Shown: positions 8,976 through 18,989 of the stretch, in pieces | Numbering within the stretch: position 1 is the stretch's first letter | Layout of the letters: each line of letters opens with the position of its first letter | NCBI GenBank assembly: GCA_021795575.1 | Contig: JAJYPH010000002.1 | Location: 1 to 62,508, forward strand | Length of the DNA: 62,508 nt | Direction: 5' to 3' | Source of the DNA: Bacillota bacterium | GTDB taxonomy: Bacteria; Bacillota; Sulfobacillia; Sulfobacillales; JAIMBI01 | Notes under the pieces: generated by a model | The model's database searches: none | What the model was told of the DNA's origin: nothing | Seen by the model: the letters and a program-made list of their open reading frames with translations, nothing else | Made by a program: the position numbers and the translations under genes

Positions 8976-10520
8976 TCAGAGGGCGTCGGCCCGCACCAGC
9001 TCGAGTGCCAGCCGAAGCTCCGCCGCCGCATCCCCGCGGAACCGCAGGACGTCGTCGTAGGTGAGGGAGACATGCGGCTCCAGCGCACGCAATCCCCAGC
9101 CGGCGTCGGGGATCGCCCAGCTCTCTTTGAACGAGATGGTACCGGTAAACCCCGACCGGTCCAGCCGATAGCGCAGCACATCGATGAAGCAGTTGGGCGC
9201 TTGGGCGCTGGCCACCCCCACGTGCTGCGCGCCCAACTGGCGCAGCCGCAGGGCCACGTCGAATCCTGCGCTGTACGTGAATGCCGATGTCACCACCACC
9301 ACCCGTGGGTGCCACGTCGGCCACGTGTCCACCGCCGTCGCGTAAGTGGGAACCTGCTGGAGGAGTGCGCTCCAGTCCGCATGACCGAGGGCCGCCCGCC
9401 GTGCGGGGTCCTCCTGCGCCGTGCGCCAAGCCGCTTCCTGCCCAAAATCATAGCCGCCGACCCCGGGGACTGCCGTCGGCACGCTTCCGTGGTTCGCTCG
9501 GTACAGCGGCGAATAGCGCGGAATCTGATACCCGCCGTCGGTCCGGACCAAAGCGTCGAGCCCGTACGCGGCGAATGCCAGCAGACCGCTCAACACCGAG
9601 TTGCCGCCGGGTGCCTCCGTGAGGTCCACCACGAGAGACTCCGTGCGAGCGGCCTGCATGGCGGTCCACAGCTCGTGCAGGACTGCGGTGGCCGAGGGCA
9701 TGCCCGACACGACCGCCCTGAGGGCCTCCGGGGTGGGCGGACCACCCGAGCCCAAGGCGCGTGCGCGCTGCCGCAGCGGTTCGTGGTAGCCCGTGGCCCA
9801 CCAAACCTCGCCCGCCTCCCGATAGTGCATCAGGGAGCCAATGGTGAGGCACGCCACGCGCCCGTCGCCGACGAGGTGCCACCCTACGTGCGTGGGTCCC
9901 CGCTTCGGCCGCACGCCGATGCCGGGTGCCTGCCGGAACGCCGACCGCGGGTGGCGCGTCCACGCTGGCGGCGATGTCGCGCGCGTGCCATCGGTGAGGG
10001 TCAGGGTCAGCGGGGCGGGTGCCCCCGGCGCCGCATCGGCGATGGCCTGCCACAGTTTGGGTTGCCGTGTCGCCAAGGCCAAGCGCCGCCAGACATCGAA
10101 GTGGTTGTCGCAGCCCAGCAGTGTGCGGGTGCGCTGGTACAGTTCGGCCGCGGACCAGCGGCCCACGGCCTCCAGCCGCGCGCCCAGCCAGCCGGAGTCG
10201 ACATCCGGTGCCACGCCCGTAACGTACAGGCCCTCGGGCAGTACGCCAAAGGCAAGCGGCAGGCGCTCGTCGGCATCGGACGCAGGTTCCCCCGCCTCAA
10301 CCGTCGTGTGGCCATCCTGCAACAGGGCGAGGAACGGTCGGAGGCGGTCAAGCCACGCTTGCGGTGGGCAGGCTTCCGGCAACGCCGCCCGGATGGCCGC
10401 GGCCGCCCGATGGAAGGACACCGGGCCGCCCACCGCCCGGTAGGGATCGGGGTGGCTCTCGGTGAGGAGCGATGTCAGTTGGTCCAAGTCGCGGGCCATG
10501 TCGTCTCGCGTCAGGTCCAT
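8976..10520 (-). CDS. S41-like (C-terminal processing/tricorn-core-like) peptidase family protein
   Basis: N-terminal DLDQLTSLLTESHPDPY pattern, VVDLTEAPGGNS (compare the DLRxNxGG motif) and VVVVTSAFTYSAGFD (Ser nucleophile region). No signal peptide. Confidence 0.5.
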   Translation of the reverse strand: MDLTRDDMARDLDQLTSLLTESHPDPYRAVGGPVSFHRAAAAIRAALPEACPPQAWLDRLRPFLALLQDGHTTVEAGEPASDADERLPLAFGVLPEGLYVTGVAPDVDSGWLGARLEAVGRWSAAELYQRTRTLLGCDNHFDVWRRLALATRQPKLWQAIADAAPGAPAPLTLTLTDGTRATSPPAWTRHPRSAFRQAPGIGVRPKRGPTHVGWHLVGDGRVACLTIGSLMHYREAGEVWWATGYHEPLRQRARALGSGGPPTPEALRAVVSGMPSATAVLHELWTAMQAARTESLVVDLTEAPGGNSVLSGLLAFAAYGLDALVRTDGGYQIPRYSPLYRANHGSVPTAVPGVGGYDFGQEAAWRTAQEDPARRAALGHADWSALLQQVPTYATAVDTWPTWHPRVVVVTSAFTYSAGFDVALRLRQLGAQHVGVASAQAPNCFIDVLRYRLDRSGFTGTISFKESWAIPDAGWGLRALEPHVSLTYDDVLRFRGDAAAELRLALELVRADAL

Positions 10521-10559
10521 GTCAACCTCCCTCTGGCGGGGTGTGGTCGTCGGGTGGAC

Positions 10560-11138
10560 TTAGGCGATCTCGCCCCGTCCCCGGCGGCGGTTCAAGAACC
10601 ACACCGCCCACGCCACGACCACGATGACACCCACGACGTACACCCACACCTGATCGTGCAGGGCATTGTGCCAGTTGGCCCCAAACTTGACGCCCAGGTA
10701 GATGAACACCACTGTCCAGGGCAGCGCCCCCAGGACGCTGTAGCCCAGAAAGCGGCCAAACCGCATGCGCGCCAGGCCGGCCGGCAGGGAAATGTAGGTG
10801 CGCACCCCCGGCACCAGGCGCCCGAAAAACACGGCCGCCTCTCCGTAGTGGTCAAACCATCGCTGGGCGCGATCGAGGCCGTGCGAACGGCTGCCCCAGG
10901 TTTTCCCGACCCAGTACGCCACGCCGTAAGAGACCACCGCCCCGACCGTGCCGCCCAAAATGGCGACCAGGCCCGCCTCCCACCAGGTGGCGCGGCCGAC
11001 GGCCACGAGGTAGCCCGCAAACGGCAGCAGCACCTCACTGGGAATGGGAATCGCGGCGCTCTCGAGCGCCATGCCAACAAAAACGCCCCAGAGGCCCAGA
11101 GCCAGAAACCCTTCGGCCAATACGGTCAACGTGTGCAT
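10560..11138 (-). CDS. DedA-family membrane protein
   Basis: An internal ATG at 11138 gives MHTLTVLAEGFLALGLWGVFVGMALESAAIPIPSEVLLPFAGYL, the DedA signature. The longer ORF start at 11186 would overlap the upstream gene by 43 nt. Confidence 0.85.
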   Translation of the reverse strand: MHTLTVLAEGFLALGLWGVFVGMALESAAIPIPSEVLLPFAGYLVAVGRATWWEAGLVAILGGTVGAVVSYGVAYWVGKTWGSRSHGLDRAQRWFDHYGEAAVFFGRLVPGVRTYISLPAGLARMRFGRFLGYSVLGALPWTVVFIYLGVKFGANWHNALHDQVWVYVVGVIVVVAWAVWFLNRRRGRGEIA

Positions 11139-11143
11139 GACAT

Positions 11144-12277
11144 CTACCTTTCGTGGCTTTCGTATGGGTCTGGGAGATCTCCCCAAGAAGGTCCGGCGGC
11201 GCCCGCCGGCCGGAGCGCATCGGACTCACCGGCCGTCCGGGCCCCGACCCAGGGCACAAGCGCCTCGTACCGCGGAGCGAGCCAGGTCGACACACGGTCG
11301 ACACGGGGTGCGGGCAGGTCCTGGCGGTACTCCTGCAAGCGGTCCAAGTTGACCGTCGCCACCACCACTCCTTCCCCATCGGGGTGGGGGCTTTCGGCCA
11401 GCACGCCGTTGCCGGCGGGGGTTTCGGCCATCGGGGCATACACCGCCGCCTTGCCCGTGAAGAGAATACCGTAAAGCTCTCCCGTGCCGGCCCCCACGAC
11501 CGACACCAGCCCGGATTCCTGGGTGCGGGCCCACGATCCGCGCCGTGCCTTGGCTTCGCCATAATCGGGGTCCGGGTCCGCTATCGGGACGGCCACCAGT
11601 TCGGCGCCGTGCATGCGGGCCATGCGATAGGTTTCAAAGAAGCTGGCGTCGTAGCATACCACAGGCTGGACGGGGATCGGACCCGAGATCGGTGCGAGGC
11701 TCGCGCCCGGCACCACCCCCCACGACGCTTCGGTCGCCAGCAGGTGCAGCTTGGGTTGCGTGGCGAGGAGGCGGCCGTCCGGGCCAAAGACGTGCGCCAG
11801 GTTTTCCATTCGGCCGCCGTGCTCCACCAGCGTCGAGCCCGCCACCACCGTGATGCCGTAGGCGGCCGCCAGGCGCGAGAACACCGTGCGGTACAGAGGC
11901 ACCACGGTGGGGGCCCAGGCCCGCAACCGGTCCCCAACCTCCGCCGACGTGAGCTGCCGGGCGGAGGCGTTCCGGAGTGCTCGGTGCTCAGACAACAACC
12001 CCATCAGCGACAGACCGATATATTCGGGAAACACGACCAGGGCCGCCCCGGCCCGCGTCGCCTGGTCGCACTGCAGGACGAGCCGCGCGGTCCAATCGGC
12101 CACACTGGCGATGGGGCGCATGTCCCATTGGACGGCCGCCACCACCAAGGCATCGCGACGCCAGCGGAGGGGCCCCCCGCGGCGCTGCAGCACCTGGACG
12201 CGGCGGCGTTCATGGGCCACACGCCAAGCCAGGTAAGCTCGTCCGACAGACAGTTCCCAGGTCACGGCAACCACCAC
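11144..12277 (-). CDS. Carbon-nitrogen hydrolase (nitrilase superfamily), catalytically competent copy
   Basis: The E-K-C triad context is present: LVVFPEYIGL, QPKLHLL, VVCYDASFFE. The start may be the GTG at 12265, which forms a GTGA overlap with the upstream gene's stop. Confidence 0.8.
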   Translation of the reverse strand: MVVAVTWELSVGRAYLAWRVAHERRRVQVLQRRGGPLRWRRDALVVAAVQWDMRPIASVADWTARLVLQCDQATRAGAALVVFPEYIGLSLMGLLSEHRALRNASARQLTSAEVGDRLRAWAPTVVPLYRTVFSRLAAAYGITVVAGSTLVEHGGRMENLAHVFGPDGRLLATQPKLHLLATEASWGVVPGASLAPISGPIPVQPVVCYDASFFETYRMARMHGAELVAVPIADPDPDYGEAKARRGSWARTQESGLVSVVGAGTGELYGILFTGKAAVYAPMAETPAGNGVLAESPHPDGEGVVVATVNLDRLQEYRQDLPAPRVDRVSTWLAPRYEALVPWVGARTAGESDALRPAGAAGPSWGDLPDPYESHER

Positions 12278-12999
12278 GGCCGGTCCAGGTACGCACGGGG
12301 ATTTAGCTGCTGCAGCAGGGAGGCCTCGCGTACCGGGGCCAGTGAGCCCCAGGGCAGCGTGGCGCGAACCCAGTCCCCCAAGGACTCCAAAGCTAAAAAT
12401 CCGTTCTCGTCGGGGTCCGCTTCGCAGGGCACCGTGAGGGTGGGGGGCGTTCCACCGCCAAACCCAATCACCTGGTTCTGCTGGGCTTCACGCCAGATGC
12501 CCAGATACTGCGGCAGGCGGGGCGCCGCCACGGCAATCAGCAGCTCGGCGCCCATCAGGGTGAGGGTGCGGCTCACCTCGGGGACCAGGACATCGTCCCC
12601 CAGCAGGATCCCCACGGCGTGCCCGGCCAGGTCAAACACCTGCACCGTGTCGGCCAGCCCAGGCGGCTCCTCATCCCCCGGCGCGCGGTGGGTCTGGCCC
12701 TGAGAGGCCACCAGGCGCCCTCGGCCGTCGTACAGATCCGCGCGGCGGCGACCGCCATCCGGCTGGCGCGCGGCCACCAGCGTCGGCACCTGAGCCCCAT
12801 CCGCCCAGCGCGCGACCTCGGGGCGCGCTGGCATATGGGCCAGGTCAAGCACGATGAGGTCGCTCGCGGGTCCCCACGTGCCGGGCAGGTGTTCGCCGCG
12901 CCAGTAGGAGAGGGTGTCCAGCTGGGTCACGACGACCCGTGCCGCGGCGGGGCGGCGTGCATGGGGCGGTCCTGACAGGTCTCGCCCACGGTGACGCAC
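12262..12999 (-). CDS. Carbon-nitrogen hydrolase-like protein lacking the catalytic Cys/Glu
   Basis: Shows the C-N hydrolase fold pattern (VGILLGDDVLVPEVSRTLTLMGAELLIAVAAP). The Cys position reads L/G and the fPE Glu position reads LDLAHMP. The start is uncertain (GTG 12999 or later); the 468-aa ORF call further upstream is R/P-rich and non-coding-like. Confidence 0.55.
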   Translation of the reverse strand: MRHRGRDLSGPPHARRPAAARVVVTQLDTLSYWRGEHLPGTWGPASDLIVLDLAHMPARPEVARWADGAQVPTLVAARQPDGGRRRADLYDGRGRLVASQGQTHRAPGDEEPPGLADTVQVFDLAGHAVGILLGDDVLVPEVSRTLTLMGAELLIAVAAPRLPQYLGIWREAQQNQVIGFGGGTPPTLTVPCEADPDENGFLALESLGDWVRATLPWGSLAPVREASLLQQLNPRAYLDRPWWLP

Positions 13000-13065
13000 C
13001 TCCTGAAGCTTGGCTGACCGCGTCTGACTCGCGTCGAATGGAGCAATTGTATCACCCGGGTCGGC

Positions 13066-13071
13066 TATAAT
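13066..13071 (+). promoter_or_regulatory. Perfect -10 hexamer TATAAT upstream of the Ppx/GppA-like gene
   Basis: TATAAT lies in a short lower-GC divergent intergenic region. The ATG at 13082 is only 10 nt downstream, which implies a very short leader or a leaderless mRNA. Confidence 0.4.
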
Positions 13072-13081
13072 GCGTGGCGAG

Positions 13082-13849
13082 ATGGCGAATTCACCGCGCC
13101 GCACCGCGGCCGTTAAGATTGGATCCACCAGCGTGGCGGTCCTCGTGGCGGACCGGATGGCGGAGCCTCTGTTCCAGCACCTGTGGGTCCTGGGCCTGAT
13201 GGACGTGCCCGACCCGCAGGAGCGCCTCGCCCCCATCCTGCAGCAGCTGGCGTCCGAGCTGGGGCCGGCGACGCTGGTGGGCGTGGGGGAGGTGGGACGC
13301 CGACGGCCCGAACTCACCGGCTGGCTCCAGACACAGCGGTGGCCGGTCTGGCAGCTGTCGGGCCGCGAGGAGGCGCGGTGCGCCTGGTGGGGCGTGCAGG
13401 CGGGACTGCGGCAGGCCGCGACCGTTATCGACGTGGGCGGCGGCAGCACCGAAGTGAGCGACGGGACCGACGCCGTCTCCTGGCCCTTCGGCGCCGCAGC
13501 CCCGCCGACGACCGACACCTGGACGGTGCCCCCCGGCCTCACGGCGCGGGCGCACCGCTTGGTGGCCGTGGGCGGCACAGCGCGGGCCCTGGCCACCATC
13601 GCCGGACAGGAGGCACGGCTGGCACGGGCCCAGCTCGCCGCGTGGACGCAGCACCCCGACGACCTCATCCGGCTGGGGGCGGGGCATCGTGTGGAGCCGG
13701 CGCGCCGGTCGCTGTTGCCGGGCGGCGTGCGCTCGCTGCTGTGTACCTTGACGCTGCTGGGGGCTGATGGCGTCGAGGTGTCGGACGCCGGCCTGCTTCA
13801 GGGCTTGTGGCTGGCGGCTCGGTTGGGGAGAATGGCTCATGCCCGCTGA
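13082..13849 (+). CDS. Ppx/GppA phosphatase-family protein (short form)
   Basis: AAVKIGSTSVAVLVAD and IDVGGGSTEVS are ASKHA/Ppx-GppA phosphate-binding motifs. The alternative ATG at 13070 overlaps the TATAAT box. Confidence 0.6.
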   Translation: MANSPRRTAAVKIGSTSVAVLVADRMAEPLFQHLWVLGLMDVPDPQERLAPILQQLASELGPATLVGVGEVGRRRPELTGWLQTQRWPVWQLSGREEARCAWWGVQAGLRQAATVIDVGGGSTEVSDGTDAVSWPFGAAAPPTTDTWTVPPGLTARAHRLVAVGGTARALATIAGQEARLARAQLAAWTQHPDDLIRLGAGHRVEPARRSLLPGGVRSLLCTLTLLGADGVEVSDAGLLQGLWLAARLGRMAHAR

Positions 13850-16346
13850 CACCCCGGTGATGGCGCAGTGGCGGCGCCTCAAGGCCGAAGCCCAGGACAC
13901 CGACTGGCTGTTTTTTCGCCTGGGCGACTTTTACGAGCTGTTTTTTGAGGATGCCGAGGCCGCCGCCCCGATTTTGGGGGTCCAGCTGACGAGCCGTGAC
14001 CACAAAGTTCCGATGTGCGGCGTGCCGCACCACGCTGTGGACGATTATCTGGGCCGGGCCGTCGCGGCCGGGTTTCGGGTGGCGGTGGCTGAGCAGCTGG
14101 AGGATCCGGCCGGGACGCGCGGACTCGTGGCCCGCGATATTGTTCGGCGTGTGGGGCCGGGAAACTACCTGCCGGAGGACGGACGCGCCCCGGGCCCGCT
14201 GGCCGCCGTGCGGCTCAGCGCGGATGGATTTGGCCTGGCCTTGGCCTGGCTCACCGACGGGCGTCTGTCCGCATGGGAGTACCACGGTCGGGACCACCTG
14301 ACGGTGCTGGCCGAGGAGTGGCAGCGCGCACGCCCGGCGGAAGCGCTGGCCAACCGCGAGCTGCCGGCCGAGTTGTCGGCGCGCGTGGACGCCCGGCGCT
14401 TCGTCGGCGCGCGAGCGGCGCGGCACCTGGCGGACCGGTGGGGGGTCCAAAGCCTGGCGCGGTGGGGGTTGGACGAAGAGCCGCTGGCCGCCGACGCACT
14501 GTGGGCGGTCATCCAGTATGCCGAGGCGGCCGAGGGGCGCACGCTGCCTCATCTGGCCGCCGTTCAGGCGGGCCGCCCTCATGGCTTGATGCGCGTGGAG
14601 TCGCGGGCCCTCCTCCAGTTGGGCATCGAGGGCACCACGGCCGATGCCGCGAGCCTGCTGACTTGGGTGAACCTGGCGGTCACGCCCATGGGCCAGCGCC
14701 TGCTGAGCGATTGGGTGCGGCGGCCGCTGGCCCATCCCTCCCGCCTGGTGCGGCGGCAGGACGCGGTGGCGACCTGGCTGGGGGCGGCGGCCCTGCGGCG
14801 CACCGTGCGGTCCGCCCTCGGGCGGGTGGGCGACCTGGAGCGCCGCTTGGCCCGGGTGGCGCTGGAGCTGGCCACGCCACGGGACCTGGTCCGGCTCGGG
14901 GAGGGACTCACGGCCCTCTGTGCGCTGCCGCCGGACGTGGCGGCGGCGCCGCCTACGCCGCCAGCCGGTCCACCCGATGCGTTGCAGCCGGTCACTGCGG
15001 CACTAGAGTTGTTGGACCCCGAGGCGGGGACCGCCTGGGATGAGGGAGGCCTCATCCGGCCGGGAGGGGATAGGGCGCTGGACCGGCTCCGTGACCTGGC
15101 TCACGACCGCCGGGCGGCGCTGCTGGCCCTGGAGAAGGCGCTGCAGGAGGAGACGAGTCTCAAGGCGCTCAAAATTCGGATGCACCGGGCTTTAGGCTAC
15201 TTCGTGGAAGTCCCGGCGGACAGGGCCGACCGGGTGCCGGCCAGCTGGCGCCGCCGTCAAAGCCTGGCCAGCGCCGAGCGCTTTACGCTGCCGGCGCTCG
15301 AGGATCTGGCGGCGGCCATTCACTCGGCCACCGACGACTGGATGGCCGCCGAAGAAGCCCGGGCGCGGCAGGTGCTTGAGACCGTGAGGGCCCATCTGCC
15401 GCTCCTGCAGGCGTGGGCACGGTGGGCGGCCCGTCTGGACAGCCTCACCGCGCTGGCGGAACTGGCCGAGCGCCATCAGCTGGTCCGCCCGGCGGTGGGG
15501 GAGGCCATTCGTGTCGTAGGCGTGCGCCACCCGGTGGTGGCCGACCAGGTGTCCAGCTATGTGCCGAGCGACCTTGAGCTGGCGCCGCCGGCGAAGGCGG
15601 CCATCATCACCGGGCCCAACATGGCGGGCAAGTCCACGTTCATGCGCGCCGTGGCGCAAAACGCCTGGCTGGCCCAGATCGGTAGCTTTGTGGCGGCCGC
15701 GGAGTGGACCGCACCGCTGTTTGACGGGGTCCAGCCGCGCATCGGGGCTGAGGACGACCTCACGCACGGCCGCAGCACCTTCTTGGTCGAAATGGAGGAG
15801 ACGGCCCAGATCCTGCACCAGGCGGGGCCGGACACCTTGGTGATCCTGGACGAGCTGGGCCGTGGCACGGCGACGTTTGACGGCATGGCCATCGCTTGGG
15901 CGGTCATCGAGCACCTGGTGGGCGACGATCCGTCGGCCGCGCCCTGGGTGCTGCTGGCGACGCACTATCACGAACTGACGCAGCTGGGAGGCCCGCGCGT
16001 GGTCAACCTGGCCGTGGACGCGGTCCAGCGGGAGGGACAGCTGGTGTGGCTCCACGAGGTGCACCCGGGCCGCGCCTCGCAATCGTTCGGGGTGGCGGTG
16101 GCGGCGCTGGCGGGGCTGCCGCGACCCCTCCTGCGCCGCGCGGAACGCCTGCTCCGCCAGTGGGAGCGCACGGGCCGACCCGCTCCGGCCGCGGCCGTGG
16201 AGCAGGTGGACTGGTTTTCCCCAGATCCCGAGGTGGAGGGGTGGCTGGCCGAGTTGGACCGCGTCCGCGTGGAAACCCTCACCCCCTTGGAGGCGCTGCA
16301 GCTGCTGGCGGAATGGCAGCGGCGGCGCGCGGGTGAGCCGTCGTGA
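13839..16346 (+). CDS. mutS: DNA mismatch repair protein MutS
   Basis: Starts MPADTPVMAQWRRLKAEAQDTDWLFFRLGDFYELFFEDA. Walker A GPNMAGKST and the STFLVEM/DELGRGT motifs are present. Confidence 0.97.
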   Translation: MPADTPVMAQWRRLKAEAQDTDWLFFRLGDFYELFFEDAEAAAPILGVQLTSRDHKVPMCGVPHHAVDDYLGRAVAAGFRVAVAEQLEDPAGTRGLVARDIVRRVGPGNYLPEDGRAPGPLAAVRLSADGFGLALAWLTDGRLSAWEYHGRDHLTVLAEEWQRARPAEALANRELPAELSARVDARRFVGARAARHLADRWGVQSLARWGLDEEPLAADALWAVIQYAEAAEGRTLPHLAAVQAGRPHGLMRVESRALLQLGIEGTTADAASLLTWVNLAVTPMGQRLLSDWVRRPLAHPSRLVRRQDAVATWLGAAALRRTVRSALGRVGDLERRLARVALELATPRDLVRLGEGLTALCALPPDVAAAPPTPPAGPPDALQPVTAALELLDPEAGTAWDEGGLIRPGGDRALDRLRDLAHDRRAALLALEKALQEETSLKALKIRMHRALGYFVEVPADRADRVPASWRRRQSLASAERFTLPALEDLAAAIHSATDDWMAAEEARARQVLETVRAHLPLLQAWARWAARLDSLTALAELAERHQLVRPAVGEAIRVVGVRHPVVADQVSSYVPSDLELAPPAKAAIITGPNMAGKSTFMRAVAQNAWLAQIGSFVAAAEWTAPLFDGVQPRIGAEDDLTHGRSTFLVEMEETAQILHQAGPDTLVILDELGRGTATFDGMAIAWAVIEHLVGDDPSAAPWVLLATHYHELTQLGGPRVVNLAVDAVQREGQLVWLHEVHPGRASQSFGVAVAALAGLPRPLLRRAERLLRQWERTGRPAPAAAVEQVDWFSPDPEVEGWLAELDRVRVETLTPLEALQLLAEWQRRRAGEPS

Positions 16347-18070
16347 GCCGCATACGGCGCCTAGACCCGGCGGTGGCGGACCAGATTGCCGCCGGCGAAG
16401 TGGTGGAGCGGCCGGCTTCGGTCGTGAAGGAACTGACCGACAACGCCATCGACGCCGGCGCGCGCACGGTGCGCGTGCTGGTGCCGGACGCGGATCGCCG
16501 GCACCTTATTGTGGAAGACGATGGTGGGGGCATGGAAGCCGACGACGTGCGGCTGGCGGTGGAGCGCCATGCCACCTCCAAGCTCACCCGCCTGTCCGAC
16601 TTGGATCACCTGGATACCCTGGGATTTCGCGGAGAGGCCCTGGCGGCCATCGGGGCCGTGTCCCGGCTGACGCTCGCGAGTCGGCCCCGAGAGGGCGCTG
16701 ACACCGGCTACCAGGTGGTGGTGGACCACGGCCGGCGCGTGGCCGCTGGTCCCGTGGCGCGACGACCCGGGACCCGCGTCGAATGTCGCGACCTGTTCCG
16801 CGATGTGCCCGCCCGCCTAAAGGCGCTGCCTGCGCCCGCCGCCGAATGGGCCGCCATCTGGCAGGTGGTGGCGGCTCAGGCGGTGGCGCATCCCCGCGTG
16901 GGCTGGACGCTGGCCGAGCACGCGGGGGACGAACCCGCCTTCACCACGCCGGTGGATGGAGCGCTCGACCAGGTGCTGTTGGCGTGGCTGGGCCCGGATG
17001 TGGCCGCCCAGCTGATTGCCGTCGACCGCCAGGCCTTGGGGGGCGACGTCTCGGTGCGCGGCTTCATCTTGCCGCCCACCCTGGCCCGGGGCAATCGCCG
17101 GCAGCAGGTGCTGGTGGTGAACGGCCGCGTCGTGCGCAATTTTTCCTTGCGGGCGGCGGTCGAACATGGGTATGGCAGCCTCCTGCCAGATCGCCGGTAC
17201 CCGGGATGCTGGCTGCACATCGTCCTTCCGGGTCCCGAGGTTGACCCGAATGCCCACCCGGCCAAAGCCGAAGTGCGGCTGGAGCGGGACCGGGCCGTGG
17301 CCGGGGTGGTGCACCAAGCCGTCCAGGACGCGCTCCGACGTGAGCGCGTGTTCCCGCTCGACTCGGGGAGGGCCGAGGGGCCTGACGTGTCGGACCCGTT
17401 GGCCGCGGGGGGCCGGGCCACCGACCAGACGAGCTTTTCCTGGCCTACGCCGGCGGCCGCCGACGGGCGGCCGCTCCTGCACCGCGAGATTGCGGAGCTG
17501 ACGCCGCTCGCGCAGTGGCAGGCGCGCTACCTGCTGTGCCAGGGCGCGGCGGGCCTTTACCTGATTGACCAGCACGCCGCCCACGAGCGGGTGTACTACG
17601 ACCGTCTGAAGGCGTCGGCGGGCCAACCGGTGTCGATCCAGCCGCTCCTGATGCCTCTGATGCTGAACCTGTCGCGCGCCGAAGCGGCGCTGCTGGAGAC
17701 GCACGGGCCCGCCATCGCCGGTGCGGGCTTCGACGTGGAACCGCTCGGCGGTTCGAGCGCCGCGCTCCGCGCCGTGCCGGCCGCGCTGGCCGAGGTGGCT
17801 GATCTGAAGCTGGTGGCGGCGTTGTTCGACTCGCTGCTGGCGGGGGGGGCCTATGGGGAGCATCCGGTGTCGTGGGCATTGGATCATCAGCTCGCGACCG
17901 CGGCGTGCAAGGCCGCGGTCAAGGCCAACCGTTCCCTCTCCCGGGGGGAGATGGAGGCCCTGGTCGCCGAGATGGCGGCCAGTCCGTCCCCCCGGAGCTG
18001 CCCGCATGGGCGCCCCACGCTGCTGGTGCTGTCCCTGGAGGAGGTGGACCGGCGCTTTGGTCGACGCTGA
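16343..18070 (+). CDS. mutL: DNA mismatch repair protein MutL
   Basis: N-terminal GHKL ATPase motifs (IAAGEVVERPASVVKELTDNAIDAG, DDGGGM, LGFRGEAL). C-terminal endonuclease-type motif region (ACKAAVKAN...CPHGRP). 4-nt overlap with mutS. Confidence 0.97.
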   Translation: MSRIRRLDPAVADQIAAGEVVERPASVVKELTDNAIDAGARTVRVLVPDADRRHLIVEDDGGGMEADDVRLAVERHATSKLTRLSDLDHLDTLGFRGEALAAIGAVSRLTLASRPREGADTGYQVVVDHGRRVAAGPVARRPGTRVECRDLFRDVPARLKALPAPAAEWAAIWQVVAAQAVAHPRVGWTLAEHAGDEPAFTTPVDGALDQVLLAWLGPDVAAQLIAVDRQALGGDVSVRGFILPPTLARGNRRQQVLVVNGRVVRNFSLRAAVEHGYGSLLPDRRYPGCWLHIVLPGPEVDPNAHPAKAEVRLERDRAVAGVVHQAVQDALRRERVFPLDSGRAEGPDVSDPLAAGGRATDQTSFSWPTPAAADGRPLLHREIAELTPLAQWQARYLLCQGAAGLYLIDQHAAHERVYYDRLKASAGQPVSIQPLLMPLMLNLSRAEAALLETHGPAIAGAGFDVEPLGGSSAALRAVPAALAEVADLKLVAALFDSLLAGGAYGEHPVSWALDHQLATAACKAAVKANRSLSRGEMEALVAEMAASPSPRSCPHGRPTLLVLSLEEVDRRFGRR

Positions 18071-18989
18071 AAAGCCTCCGCTGCTGGCCCTGTTGGGCCC
18101 GACCGCTGTGGGCAAGTCGTTTCTGGCCCTGGGGTGGGCCGAGCGGGTAGGGGCCGAAATCATCGCGGCCGACTCGACAACGGTGTACCGGGGCGCGGAC
18201 ATCGGCACGGCCAAACCGACACCCGCCGAACGCCGCCGCGTGCCCCACCACGTCATTGACGTGGCCGACCCTGGGGAGCAGTACACGGTGGCCCGGTTCC
18301 AGCGCGACGCCACCGCGGCCATTCACCGCATTGGCCAGCGGGGGCGGCTGCCGCTGGTGGTGGGGGGGACCGGACTCTGGGTCCGGGCGCTGTTGGCCAA
18401 CTTCCCGTTGGCGCCGGCGGGAGATCCGTCCGTCCGGCAACAGCTGGACGCCTGGTGGGACCACGAAGGCCCCGGGCCGCTCCTGCGCCAGCTCAAACTG
18501 GTGGACCCGGCGTCCGCCGCCGCCATTGCGCCGGGAGACCGCCGGCGGGTGGTGCGGGCGCTGGAGGTGTACCGGACCACTGGCCGCCCGCTGCCCCGGC
18601 ACCCGGGGCGCGCTCCCTACCGGGTGCTGCGCGTGGGCTTGCGGCGGAGCCGCCCCGTCTTGTGGCGGCGGATTGAGGACCGGGCCCGGGGGCAGCTGGA
18701 GGCCGGGCTTTTGGACGAGCTGCTGGCACTGCATGCCCAGGGGGTGGGGTGGCATGCGCCGGCCTTCTTGGGACTGGGCTACCGCGAGGGGGTTCTTTGG
18801 GCCCGAGGGCGTCTCAGTGCGGAGCGCCTCCTGCCGCTTATCGCGCTGCACACGCGCCAGTACGCCAAGCGGCAAATGACCTGGCTGGCCCGTGAGCCAG
18901 ACATCCACTGGATCAACCTCGACGAGTCTCCCGAAGACGACGCGCTGGCCCAAGTGGTGTCGTGGACCACCGCCTGGCGTCACCCTTAA
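18057..18989 (+). CDS. miaA: tRNA dimethylallyltransferase MiaA
   Basis: LLGPTAVGKS P-loop, IIAADSTTVYRGADIGTAKPT and HHVIDV. A TTG start at 18057 is likely; the earlier part of the ORF overlaps mutL. Confidence 0.9.
   Translation: MVDAEKPPLLALLGPTAVGKSFLALGWAERVGAEIIAADSTTVYRGADIGTAKPTPAERRRVPHHVIDVADPGEQYTVARFQRDATAAIHRIGQRGRLPLVVGGTGLWVRALLANFPLAPAGDPSVRQQLDAWWDHEGPGPLLRQLKLVDPASAAAIAPGDRRRVVRALEVYRTTGRPLPRHPGRAPYRVLRVGLRRSRPVLWRRIEDRARGQLEAGLLDELLALHAQGVGWHAPAFLGLGYREGVLWARGRLSAERLLPLIALHTRQYAKRQMTWLAREPDIHWINLDESPEDDALAQVVSWTTAWRHP

Noticed and set aside
9072-11474. 800-aa ORF on the plus strand.
   Set aside because: It is antisense to the S41-like, DedA and C-N hydrolase genes. Its composition is extreme in Arg, Pro and Gly, and it has no recognisable domain.
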